A stretch of 64,000 nt of DNA, taken from an uncultured beta proteobacterium (GTDB lineage Bacteria > Pseudomonadota > Gammaproteobacteria > Burkholderiales > SG8-39). The DNA is taken from contig CAWEPV010000003.1 of assembly GCA_963811085.1 (NCBI GenBank), positions 225,721 through 289,720 on the forward strand. The letters are read 5' to 3'. Below, one piece after another: positions 8,608 to 15,902 of the stretch (positions within the stretch are counted from its first letter, which is position 1; each line of letters begins with the position of its first letter). Below the pieces are notes generated by a model that was given only the letters and a program-made list of their open reading frames with translations, did no database searches and was not told where the DNA came from. The translations under genes were made by a program, and so were the position numbers.

Positions 8608-10644
8608 GTGCTCGCCTACGTGCATCAACTGATTTCCTGGCTCGGCGCCCACCCGTACTGGGCGGGCGTGATCGTCGCCGCGATCACCTGCGCGGAAGCG
8701 CTCGCGTTCGTCGGCATGATCGTGCCCGGCGCCACGCTGATGATCGGCGCCGGCGCCCTGGTCGGTCTGGGAACGCTGGGCTTCTGGAGCACGTTCGCCT
8801 GGGCGGTGGCGGGAGCGGTGCTCGGCGACGGAATCAGTTACTGGATCGGGCACCGCTACAAGGACAGCCTGCGGTCGCTTCGGCTGCTGCGCGAGCGGCC
8901 GGCGCTGCTCGCGCGCGGCGAGGCCTTCTTCGATCGCCACGGCGGCAAGAGCGTCCTGCTGGCGCGCTTCATCGGCCCGGTGCGCCCCATCGTTCCGGTG
9001 GTCGCGGGCATGCTCGGCATGGCGCCCGCCCGCTTCTATTTCTACAACGTCCTTTCCGCGCTCGCCTGGGCGCCGGCGCACCTGCTGCCGGGGATGGCGT
9101 TCGGCATGTCGCTCGCGCTCGCCGGCCAGGTCGCCGGGCGCCTCGCGCTGCTGCTCGGCGCGCTGGTGGTGTTCGCGTGGCTGACGCTCTGGCTCTCGCG
9201 CGCGCTCTACCGCGCCCTGCAGCCGCACACCGCGCATTGGGCGGAGCACGCGCTGCACTGGACGCGCAGGCACCGCGCGCTGGCCTGGCTCGTCGGCGAC
9301 GTGCTGGATCCCGCACGTTCCCTGCCGCGCGGTCTGCTGGTCTGGGTGGTTGTCCTGCTCTCGGGCGGCTGGCTCTTTCTCGGGGTGCTCGAGGACGTGG
9401 TGAGCGCCGATCCGCTCGTTTACGCCGGCAAGTCGCTGCACCAGCTGCTGCAGCATTTCCGCACCCCCGTGGGCGACCGCGTGATGGTCGCGATCACCGA
9501 GCTGGGCGACCCGGCCGTCGCCCTCGCGGTCGTCGCCGCGGTGCTCGCCTGGCTGCTGTGGCGGCGCACGTGGCGCGACGCGAGGTACTGGCTCGCCGCG
9601 GTGGTCTTCGGCGAGCTGGTCGTGGCCACGATCAAGGTCGCGCTGCACTTCCCGCGTCCTGACGGATTCGCCGCGGTCGCGACCAGCTACAGCTTCCCCA
9701 GCGGCCACGCCTCGATGAGCACCGTAATCTACGGTTTCCTCGCGGTGCTGGTTGCGCCCGCGTTTCGCGCCGGTTGGCGCTGGCTGCCGTACGCGGCGGC
9801 GGCGCTGCTCATCGGCGCGATCGCGTTCTCGCGCCTGTATCTCGGCGCGCACTGGCTCGCCGACGTGCTGGCCGGCGTCGGATTGGGCGGCGCCTGGGTG
9901 GCGCTCCTCGCGATCGCCCGCGAGCGCCACGGCGCGGGAAATCCGCCCATCCCCGGACTGGCCGTGGCGGCGGGACTGGCATTTCTTGCGGCAGGGTCAT
10001 GGCATATCGCCGCCGGGCTGGAACGCGACCTGCAGCGCTACGCCGTGCGCCACGGCGTGCGCGAGATGTCCGCAGCGGGCTGGCGCGCCGACGGCTGGCG
10101 CAGCCTGCCCCAGTTCCGCAGAGACCTGGAGGGCGAGCGCGAGCAGCCGCTCAACGTGCAGTTCGCCGGCGAACTGGCGCGCCTGCGTCAGCGGCTCCAG
10201 GCCGCGGGCTGGCGTGCGCCGCCCGCACTCACGCCGCGCAGCGCGCCGCGCTGGCTGCTGCGCGATCCTTCGCTCGAGGAGCTTCCGGTCCTGCCGCAGC
10301 TCAACGGCGGCCGCTACGAGGCGCTGCTGCTGGTGCGCGACGCGCCGGCGAGCGCCGCGCCGGCGCGCCAGCTGATGCTTCGCCTCTGGCCGACCTCGGT
10401 GCGCCTGGAGCCGGGAGCGAGGCCTGTCTGGATCGGCACCGCCGCCTCGCAGCGAATCCGCAGGCTGCCGCTGATCAGCTTTCCGGTTCTGGACGATCAC
10501 TTCGACCAGGCGGCCGCAGCGCTCGCGCGCTCGGCCGGCGACCTGAGCCCGCGCGAGGTGCGAAGCGTGGTCCAGGCGCGCGAGCCCGACTGCCGCCAGT
10601 GCGGCACGCTGCTGCTGCTCGAGGCGCGCGCGAGCGGGCCTTAA
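8608..10644 (+). CDS. DedA (VTT/SNARE-associated) + PAP2 phosphatase + LssY-like C-terminal domain fusion membrane protein
   Basis: 678 aa. The N-terminus has DedA motifs (FVGMIVPG...GDGISYWIGHRY...FIGPVRPIVPVVAGM). The middle has PAP2 motifs (KVALHFPRPD...SFPSGHAS...SRLYLGAHWLADV). The remaining ~230 aa form a soluble tail. Confidence 0.8.
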   Translation: MLAYVHQLISWLGAHPYWAGVIVAAITCAEALAFVGMIVPGATLMIGAGALVGLGTLGFWSTFAWAVAGAVLGDGISYWIGHRYKDSLRSLRLLRERPALLARGEAFFDRHGGKSVLLARFIGPVRPIVPVVAGMLGMAPARFYFYNVLSALAWAPAHLLPGMAFGMSLALAGQVAGRLALLLGALVVFAWLTLWLSRALYRALQPHTAHWAEHALHWTRRHRALAWLVGDVLDPARSLPRGLLVWVVVLLSGGWLFLGVLEDVVSADPLVYAGKSLHQLLQHFRTPVGDRVMVAITELGDPAVALAVVAAVLAWLLWRRTWRDARYWLAAVVFGELVVATIKVALHFPRPDGFAAVATSYSFPSGHASMSTVIYGFLAVLVAPAFRAGWRWLPYAAAALLIGAIAFSRLYLGAHWLADVLAGVGLGGAWVALLAIARERHGAGNPPIPGLAVAAGLAFLAAGSWHIAAGLERDLQRYAVRHGVREMSAAGWRADGWRSLPQFRRDLEGEREQPLNVQFAGELARLRQRLQAAGWRAPPALTPRSAPRWLLRDPSLEELPVLPQLNGGRYEALLLVRDAPASAAPARQLMLRLWPTSVRLEPGARPVWIGTAASQRIRRLPLISFPVLDDHFDQAAAALARSAGDLSPREVRSVVQAREPDCRQCGTLLLLEARASGP

Positions 10645-10662
10645 GCGGCGCTTAATTGTCGG
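10640..10662 (+). promoter_or_regulatory. PmrA/BasR-type direct-repeat box upstream of the response-regulator gene
   Basis: The sequence is CTTAAG-cggcg-CTTAAT-TGTCGG, followed by gcgTAAGAT (possible -10). It overlaps the stop of the DedA-PAP2 gene and lies 35-57 nt upstream of the TTG start at 10697. Confidence 0.55.
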
Positions 10663-10696
10663 CCGCGTAAGATCCGCAACTGAGGAGGTCACGATC

Positions 10697-11359
10697 TTGA
10701 GGCTGCTCCTGGTCGAGGACGACCCGATGATCGGCGAAAGTCTGGAGGAAGGCTTGCGCGGCGAGCGCTACGCGGTGGACTGGGTGCGCGACGGGCGCGG
10801 CGCCGAGCTCGCGCTCGAGAACGACGTCTACGACCTGGTGCTGCTCGACCTGGGCTTGCCGAAAAAGCAGGGTCTCGAGGTTCTCGCCGAGTACCGCCGC
10901 CGCGGCGGCGGCGCGCCGGTGCTGATCATCACCGCGCGCGATGCGCCGCCCGAGCGCGTCAGGGGCCTGGACAGCGGCGCTGACGATTACCTGGTCAAGC
11001 CGTTCGACCTCGACGAGCTCTACGCCCGCGCGCGCGCGCTGCTGCGCCGTGGCGCCGGCCGCACCAGCCCCGAGCTCTCATACGGCGGCGTGACGCTCAA
11101 CCCTGCGACCCACGAGGCGCTCCTGGAGGGACGCCCGCTCAGCCTGTCGGCGCGCGAGTTCGCGCTGCTCGAGGCGCTGATGGACCGGCCGGGCGAAGTG
11201 GTCCCGCGCGCGGCGCTGGAGGAAAAGCTCTACGGCTGGAACGAGGAGGTCGAGAGCAACACGGTCGAGGTGCACATTCATTCCCTGCGCAAGAAGCTCG
11301 GCGCCGAGTTCATCAAGAACGTGCGCGGCGTCGGCTACAAGGTGCACAAGGCGCCGTGA
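10697..11359 (+). CDS. OmpR/PhoB-family response regulator (PmrA/QseB-like)
   Basis: 220 aa with a TTG start and GAGGAGG upstream. The receiver domain reads LLVEDD...DLVLLDLGLP...KPF, and a winged-helix output follows (TVEVHIHSLRKKL...IKNVRGVGYKV). Confidence 0.92.
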   Translation: MRLLLVEDDPMIGESLEEGLRGERYAVDWVRDGRGAELALENDVYDLVLLDLGLPKKQGLEVLAEYRRRGGGAPVLIITARDAPPERVRGLDSGADDYLVKPFDLDELYARARALLRRGAGRTSPELSYGGVTLNPATHEALLEGRPLSLSAREFALLEALMDRPGEVVPRAALEEKLYGWNEEVESNTVEVHIHSLRKKLGAEFIKNVRGVGYKVHKAP

Positions 11360-12681
11360 GGACGATCCGTCGGCAGCTTCTGCTCTGGCTGCTGGGCGGC
11401 ATGCTGGCCTGCACCGTGGTCGCGGGGCTCGCCATGTACCTCAAGGTGCGCGAGGAAACGAGCGAGCTGTTCGACTACCAGCTACAGGAGATCGCCGCCT
11501 CGCTGCCGCCCGGCTTTTCGGCCGCACCGCGCGAGCCCGGCGAGCACGCCCCGGAGCGGGACATCGCATTGCAGGTATGGGACAGCGCCGGCGCGCTGGT
11601 GTACGCCTCGCATCCCGCAATCGCCCTGCCCCGCCTTGCGCACGACGGCTTTCGCACCGTGCGTGCGGGCGACACCGAGTGGCGCGTATTCGGCCGCACG
11701 CGCCACGGCCGCTTCGTGCAGGTGGCGCAGGATCTCGACGCGCGCGACGAACTGGTGTTCGGCGTCGCGGCGCGCTCGCTCGCGCCGTTTCTGGCGCTGA
11801 TCCCGGTGCTGGCGCTGCTGATCGGGATCGTGGTCGGCAGGAGCCTCGCGCCGCTGCAGCGCGTCGCGCGCGCGGTCGAGCTGCGCTCGCCCGGAGCGCT
11901 GCAGCCGCTTTCGACCGAGGGCATCCCGCCCGAGATCCAGCCGATGCTGCGGGCGCTGAACGATCTGCTCGGCAGGCTCGGCCACGCGCTCGAGTCGCAG
12001 CGCGCGTTCGTGGCCGACGCCGCGCACGAGCTGCGCACCCCGCTCACGGCGCTGAAGCTGCAGCTGCAGCTCGCCGAGCGCGCCGAACCGGGGCCCGCGC
12101 AGGCAAGCGCATTGGCGCGACTGCACGAGCGCCTCGACCGCGCGACGCACCTGGTCGAGCAGCTGCTCGCGCTCGCGCGCCAGGAACCTGCGCTCGAGGA
12201 GCGGGCGATGGAGCAGGTCGACCTGGCGCAGCTCGCGCGCGAGGTGGTGGCCGAGTACGATGCGCTGGCCGACAGTCGCGGCATCGACCTCGGCGTGGAA
12301 GTCGCGTCCGCCGCGGCGGTGCGCGGCCAGCGCGACGGCCTGCGCGTGATGCTCGGCAACCTGGTCGGCAACGCGCTGCGTTATACCCCGCGCGGCGGGA
12401 AGGTGGACGTGACCGTCGGCGCCGAGGCCGGCCGCCCGGCGCTGGGCGTGACCGACACCGGCCCGGGCATTCCCGCCGCGGAGCGCGAGCGGGTGTTCGA
12501 CCGCTTCCATCGCGGCGAGGACGCGGACGCGCCCGGGACCGGCCTCGGGCTGGCGATCGTGAAGTGCGTCGCCGAGCGCCACGGCGCGACGGTGCGCCTG
12601 GCCGACGGCCCCCGCGGACGGGGACTCGACGTGCGCGTGACTTTCCCGCCGCGAGGAGGTTTGCCGCCGCGCCGGGACTGA
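11356..12681 (+). CDS. sensor histidine kinase (QseC/PmrB-like)
   Basis: 441 aa with two TM segments flanking a ~120-aa periplasmic loop. It has an H-box (FVADAAHELRTPLT) plus N, G1 and G2 boxes (GNALRYTP...DTGPGIP...GTGLGLAIV). It overlaps the regulator by 4 nt. Confidence 0.9.
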   Translation: MRTIRRQLLLWLLGGMLACTVVAGLAMYLKVREETSELFDYQLQEIAASLPPGFSAAPREPGEHAPERDIALQVWDSAGALVYASHPAIALPRLAHDGFRTVRAGDTEWRVFGRTRHGRFVQVAQDLDARDELVFGVAARSLAPFLALIPVLALLIGIVVGRSLAPLQRVARAVELRSPGALQPLSTEGIPPEIQPMLRALNDLLGRLGHALESQRAFVADAAHELRTPLTALKLQLQLAERAEPGPAQASALARLHERLDRATHLVEQLLALARQEPALEERAMEQVDLAQLAREVVAEYDALADSRGIDLGVEVASAAAVRGQRDGLRVMLGNLVGNALRYTPRGGKVDVTVGAEAGRPALGVTDTGPGIPAAERERVFDRFHRGEDADAPGTGLGLAIVKCVAERHGATVRLADGPRGRGLDVRVTFPPRGGLPPRRD

Positions 12682-12726
12682 TGCAGTGCTGGCAACGGAG
12701 TACGATCGCGTCGACAGGGTGAGCTT

Positions 12727-13092
12727 ATGTGGATCGCGCTCAAGATCGGTGTGCTGTACGGCGCGCCCGCGCTCGCGGCGGTGCTCGCGATCGCGTACTT
12801 CGCCCTGCTCTGGGTCCGCGTGCGGCGCGGCGCGCTTGGCTGCGCGAGGGCAGCCGCGCTCTACCCGCTCGCGCTGGTGCTCGCGCCGGCGGCGGTGGCG
12901 CTGATCTGGGCCACGGCGGAGCTGGCGAGCTATTTCTCCGTGCCCGCCGGCGGCTTCGTGTGGGACTCGGGCGAGGCGCTCGCGCTTTTGCACGCCTTGC
13001 TTCCGATTGCGGCCTATGTCGGCATTCCGATCGCGGCGCTGGTGATCGTGTTCTGGATTACACTCTTCGCACGATGCCGAAAATCCTCCTGA
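12727..13092 (+). CDS. hypothetical small membrane protein
   Basis: 121-aa ORF with 3-4 hydrophobic segments. I recognise no family. Its coding status rests only on ORF length and hydrophobic periodicity. Confidence 0.45.
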   Translation: MWIALKIGVLYGAPALAAVLAIAYFALLWVRVRRGALGCARAAALYPLALVLAPAAVALIWATAELASYFSVPAGGFVWDSGEALALLHALLPIAAYVGIPIAALVIVFWITLFARCRKSS

Positions 13093-13562
13093 TCCAGGGC
13101 CCCAACCTGAGCTACCTCGGCAAGCGCCAGCCGGAGCTCTACGGCAAGACCACGGCGGCCGAGCTCGACGCGATGCTCCTCGCGCACGCCAAGGCCAACA
13201 AGTACCGGCTCGAGATCTTCTACACCCACTCCGAGGCCGCCGCGATCGAGCGCCTGTATCGCGGCGTGGACGAAAAGGTCGACGGCGTGGTAATGAATCC
13301 GGCGGCGTTCCTGTTCGCGGGCTACGCGCTGCGCGACTGCCTGCGCGCGGTGCCCTTCCCCTACGTCGAGGTGCACATCACCAACATCGAGCGGCGCGGC
13401 TTTCATTCGATCCTAGCCGAGGCCGCGGTCGGGATGGTGGCCGGTTTCGGAGTGAACTCCTACGTGCTCGGACTCGAGGCTATGCTGGGACAGCTGCGCG
13501 CAGTCGGGTCTCGACCAGGCGCACGAAAAGCGCCGCGCCGAAAGGCAGCGCCGCGTCGTTGA
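13074..13562 (+). CDS. aroQ: type II 3-dehydroquinate dehydratase
   Basis: Internal ATG of track ORF 12729..13562, in frame. The product reads MPKILLIQGPNLSYLGKRQPELYG...VVMNPAAFLFAGYALRDC...PYVEVHITNIERRGFH. The last ~20 aa (RAVGSRPGARKAPRRKAAPRR) look like over-extension into the convergent gene. Confidence 0.8.
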   Translation: MPKILLIQGPNLSYLGKRQPELYGKTTAAELDAMLLAHAKANKYRLEIFYTHSEAAAIERLYRGVDEKVDGVVMNPAAFLFAGYALRDCLRAVPFPYVEVHITNIERRGFHSILAEAAVGMVAGFGVNSYVLGLEAMLGQLRAVGSRPGARKAPRRKAAPRR

Positions 13563-14658
13563 AGTCGTAGCCGGGGTTGTGCACCTCGCACGAGGTCTCG
13601 CCCGAATCGTTGCCGATGTTGAGGTAGCAGCCCGGCACCTGCTCCAGCATGAACGAGAAATCCTCCGAGGCCATGATCAGCGGCGGGTCGCGCTGCACCC
13701 GCTCGGCGCCCACCAGAGCGGCGCACACGCCGGCCGCGAACTCGGCCTCCTTCGGGTCGTTGACCGTCGGCGCGAACTTCCAGTCGAGCTTAACCTCGGC
13801 CTTGGCGCCGAAGCCCTCGGCCACGCCCGCGGCGATGCGCCGCAGCGAGCTTTCGATCGTCTCCATCACCGGGCGCGAGAAGGCGCGCACGGTGCCGGCC
13901 AGGGTCGCCGACTGCGGGATCACGTTGTAGGCGTCGCCGCCGTGGATCCTGGTTACCGAGACCACCGCGGTGTCGACCGGCGCCACGTTGCGCGAAACGA
14001 TGGTCTGCAGCGCGGTCGCGACGTGCGCCGCGACGATCACCGGGTCAACCCCGACCTCGGGCCGCGCGCCGTGCGCGCCCTTGCCGTGGATCGTGATGTC
14101 GAAGAAGCCGCCCGCGGCCATCATCGGGCCGGCGCGCACCGCGAACCAGCCCACCGGCAGGCTGGGGCGGTTGTGCATGCCGAACACGGCCTCGCAGGGA
14201 AAGCGCTCGAACAGCCCGTCCTCGATCATCGCGCGCGCGCCGCCCAGCCCTTCCTCGGCCGGCTGGAAGATGAAATTCACCGTGCCGTCGAAATCGCGCG
14301 CGGCGGCCAGCGCCTTCGCCGCGCCGAGCAGCATGCTGGTGTGGCCGTCGTGGCCGCAGGCATGCATCCGGCCGGCGTTGCGCGAGCGGTAGGGAAAATC
14401 ATTCGCCTCGTGGATCGGCAGGGCGTCCATGTCGGCGCGCAATCCGACCGAACTCGAGCCCTTGCCCGCCCGCAGCACCCCGACTACGCCGGTGCGTCCG
14501 ACCCCGCGGTGCACCTCGAGGCCGAAGGATTCGAGCTTTTCGGCCACGATCCCCGCGGTGCGGGTTTCCTCGAAGCCGAGCTCGGGATGGGCGTGGATGT
14601 CGCGCCGCCACTCGGTCATGTCGCCGTGCAGGCGCGCGATTCGCTGGTCGATGGTCAT
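13480..14658 (-). CDS. M20D-family amidohydrolase (hippurate hydrolase / N-acyl-amino-acid amidohydrolase type)
   Basis: 392 aa with motifs IHAHPELGFEE...LRADMDALP...MHACGHDGH...FQPAEEG... Confidence 0.88.
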   Translation of the reverse strand: MTIDQRIARLHGDMTEWRRDIHAHPELGFEETRTAGIVAEKLESFGLEVHRGVGRTGVVGVLRAGKGSSSVGLRADMDALPIHEANDFPYRSRNAGRMHACGHDGHTSMLLGAAKALAAARDFDGTVNFIFQPAEEGLGGARAMIEDGLFERFPCEAVFGMHNRPSLPVGWFAVRAGPMMAAGGFFDITIHGKGAHGARPEVGVDPVIVAAHVATALQTIVSRNVAPVDTAVVSVTRIHGGDAYNVIPQSATLAGTVRAFSRPVMETIESSLRRIAAGVAEGFGAKAEVKLDWKFAPTVNDPKEAEFAAGVCAALVGAERVQRDPPLIMASEDFSFMLEQVPGCYLNIGNDSGETSCEVHNPGYDFNDAALPFGAALFVRLVETRLRAAVPA

Positions 14659-14702
14659 GGTCGCCGGTGTCCGCCGGCAACCTTAACCCATGCTGCGCGG
14701 CC

Positions 14703-15194
14703 CTACCAGCCCATGCCGAACGGCGACTGGCGGCTCGAGACCCGGCCTTCGTCGGTGAAGAACACCGACCCGGCGCCGGTGCCGGGATAGTAGTAGTACC
14801 AGCCGCGACGGCCGTCGAGGGTGAACTTCTTCGACGGCGCACCGAGCAATGCGACGACTTCGGCTTCGGCCATGTCGGGCTTGATCCTGGTCCAGGTGCC
14901 CCTGAGCGCGGCCTCCGGGCTGACGTAGCCGGTGGCCGGCGCTGCGAGCTGTGCCGCCTTGGGCGCAGCAACCGATGCTGTCGCGGGCGCAGCAACCGGT
15001 GCCGCCGCCGGCGCCGACGCGGCGGCGGGAACAGCGGGCGGGGTCCGGCCTTCGAGGCGGTCCAGGCGCTGCTGAAGCTGGTGGACCTGCTCGCTGAGCG
15101 CCTTCACCTGCTGCTCGAGGCGCGCATCTCCGGCCGCCTGCGCCGCCGGCGATGCGAGGACGAACGAAATCATTAGCGCGAGCGCGATTCGCAT
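14703..15194 (-). CDS. secreted coiled-coil protein with Ala/Pro linker and BamE/SmpA-OmlA-like C-terminal domain
   Basis: The track ORF is 14703..15233. I prefer the internal ATG 15194, which starts a signal peptide (MRIALALMISFVLASPAAQAAG). A heptad-like stretch follows (LEQQVKALSEQVHQLQQRLDRLEG), then an AP-rich linker. The C-terminus (WTRIKPDMAEAEVVALLGAPSKKF...WYYY...GSVFFTDEGRV) resembles BamE-type domains. Confidence 0.55.
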   Translation of the reverse strand: MRIALALMISFVLASPAAQAAGDARLEQQVKALSEQVHQLQQRLDRLEGRTPPAVPAAASAPAAAPVAAPATASVAAPKAAQLAAPATGYVSPEAALRGTWTRIKPDMAEAEVVALLGAPSKKFTLDGRRGWYYYYPGTGAGSVFFTDEGRVSSRQSPFGMGW

Positions 15195-15283
15195 TTCTTG
15201 CCTTTCAAATGAAAACGCGAGGCGGAAGCGCACGGGGACGAGCCCCGGGGAGACTGTGCTTCCGCCCCGCTACGAGCCGCGGG

Positions 15284-15892
15284 CTACTTCGAGGCCGCGT
15301 AGGTCGCTGCCGCTTTGAGCTGCTCGGGCGTCATGGTGCGCACCACGTTCTGCATGATCGGCGCGTTGCTGCGGGTGCCCGTCTGGAAGCCCTGCAGCTG
15401 CGCGATCAGGTAGTCGACGTGCTGCCCGGCAAGGCGCGGAAAGGCCCCCGCGCCCTGGGCCTCGGGGCCGTGGCAGATGTCGCAGGCCTGCACGTTCTGC
15501 GCCTTGATGCCCTGGGTGTAGATCTTCTTGCCCTCGGCCATCAGCGCCGGAGTGCCCGGCTTTCCGTCAACCGGCTTCTGCGACGCGTAGTAGTTGGCCA
15601 GCGCCTTGATCGTGTCGTCGGATAGCTGCGACGACATGCCCCACATGTAGGCCTGCGCGTTCGGGTCGCCGCGCGTATGGTTCCGGAACGCGTCGAGCTG
15701 AACGATGATGTAGCCGGACTGCTGCCCGGCGAGGCGCGGGAACACCGGCGAGATGCTGTGGCCCGTCGGGCCGTGGCAGGCGGAGCACACGTCGGTGGCG
15801 AGCGTCTTCGCGTCCTGGTGGCTCTGGGCCAGCGCGACGCCCGTGCCGGATGCGAGCAGAGCGCCCGCTGCGATTGCGATGATTTTTTTCAT
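15284..15892 (-). CDS. diheme cytochrome c4
   Basis: The track ORF is 15284..15970. The internal ATG 15892 gives a signal peptide (MKKIIAIAAGALLASGTGVALA). There are two class-I domains with CSACH and CDICH, each followed by FPRLAGQ, which is the c4 signature. Confidence 0.85.
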   Translation of the reverse strand: MKKIIAIAAGALLASGTGVALAQSHQDAKTLATDVCSACHGPTGHSISPVFPRLAGQQSGYIIVQLDAFRNHTRGDPNAQAYMWGMSSQLSDDTIKALANYYASQKPVDGKPGTPALMAEGKKIYTQGIKAQNVQACDICHGPEAQGAGAFPRLAGQHVDYLIAQLQGFQTGTRSNAPIMQNVVRTMTPEQLKAAATYAASK

Positions 15893-15902
15893 GGTCGATT
15901 GC

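Noticed and set aside
13480-13562. Long convergent 3' overlaps: aroQ with the M20D gene (83 nt) and hydantoinase with ureJ (26601..26676, 76 nt).
   Set aside because: The overlapping tails are Arg/Pro/Ala-rich and lie beyond the conserved ends of the families. This is most simply late stop codons in GC-rich DNA rather than functional overlap.
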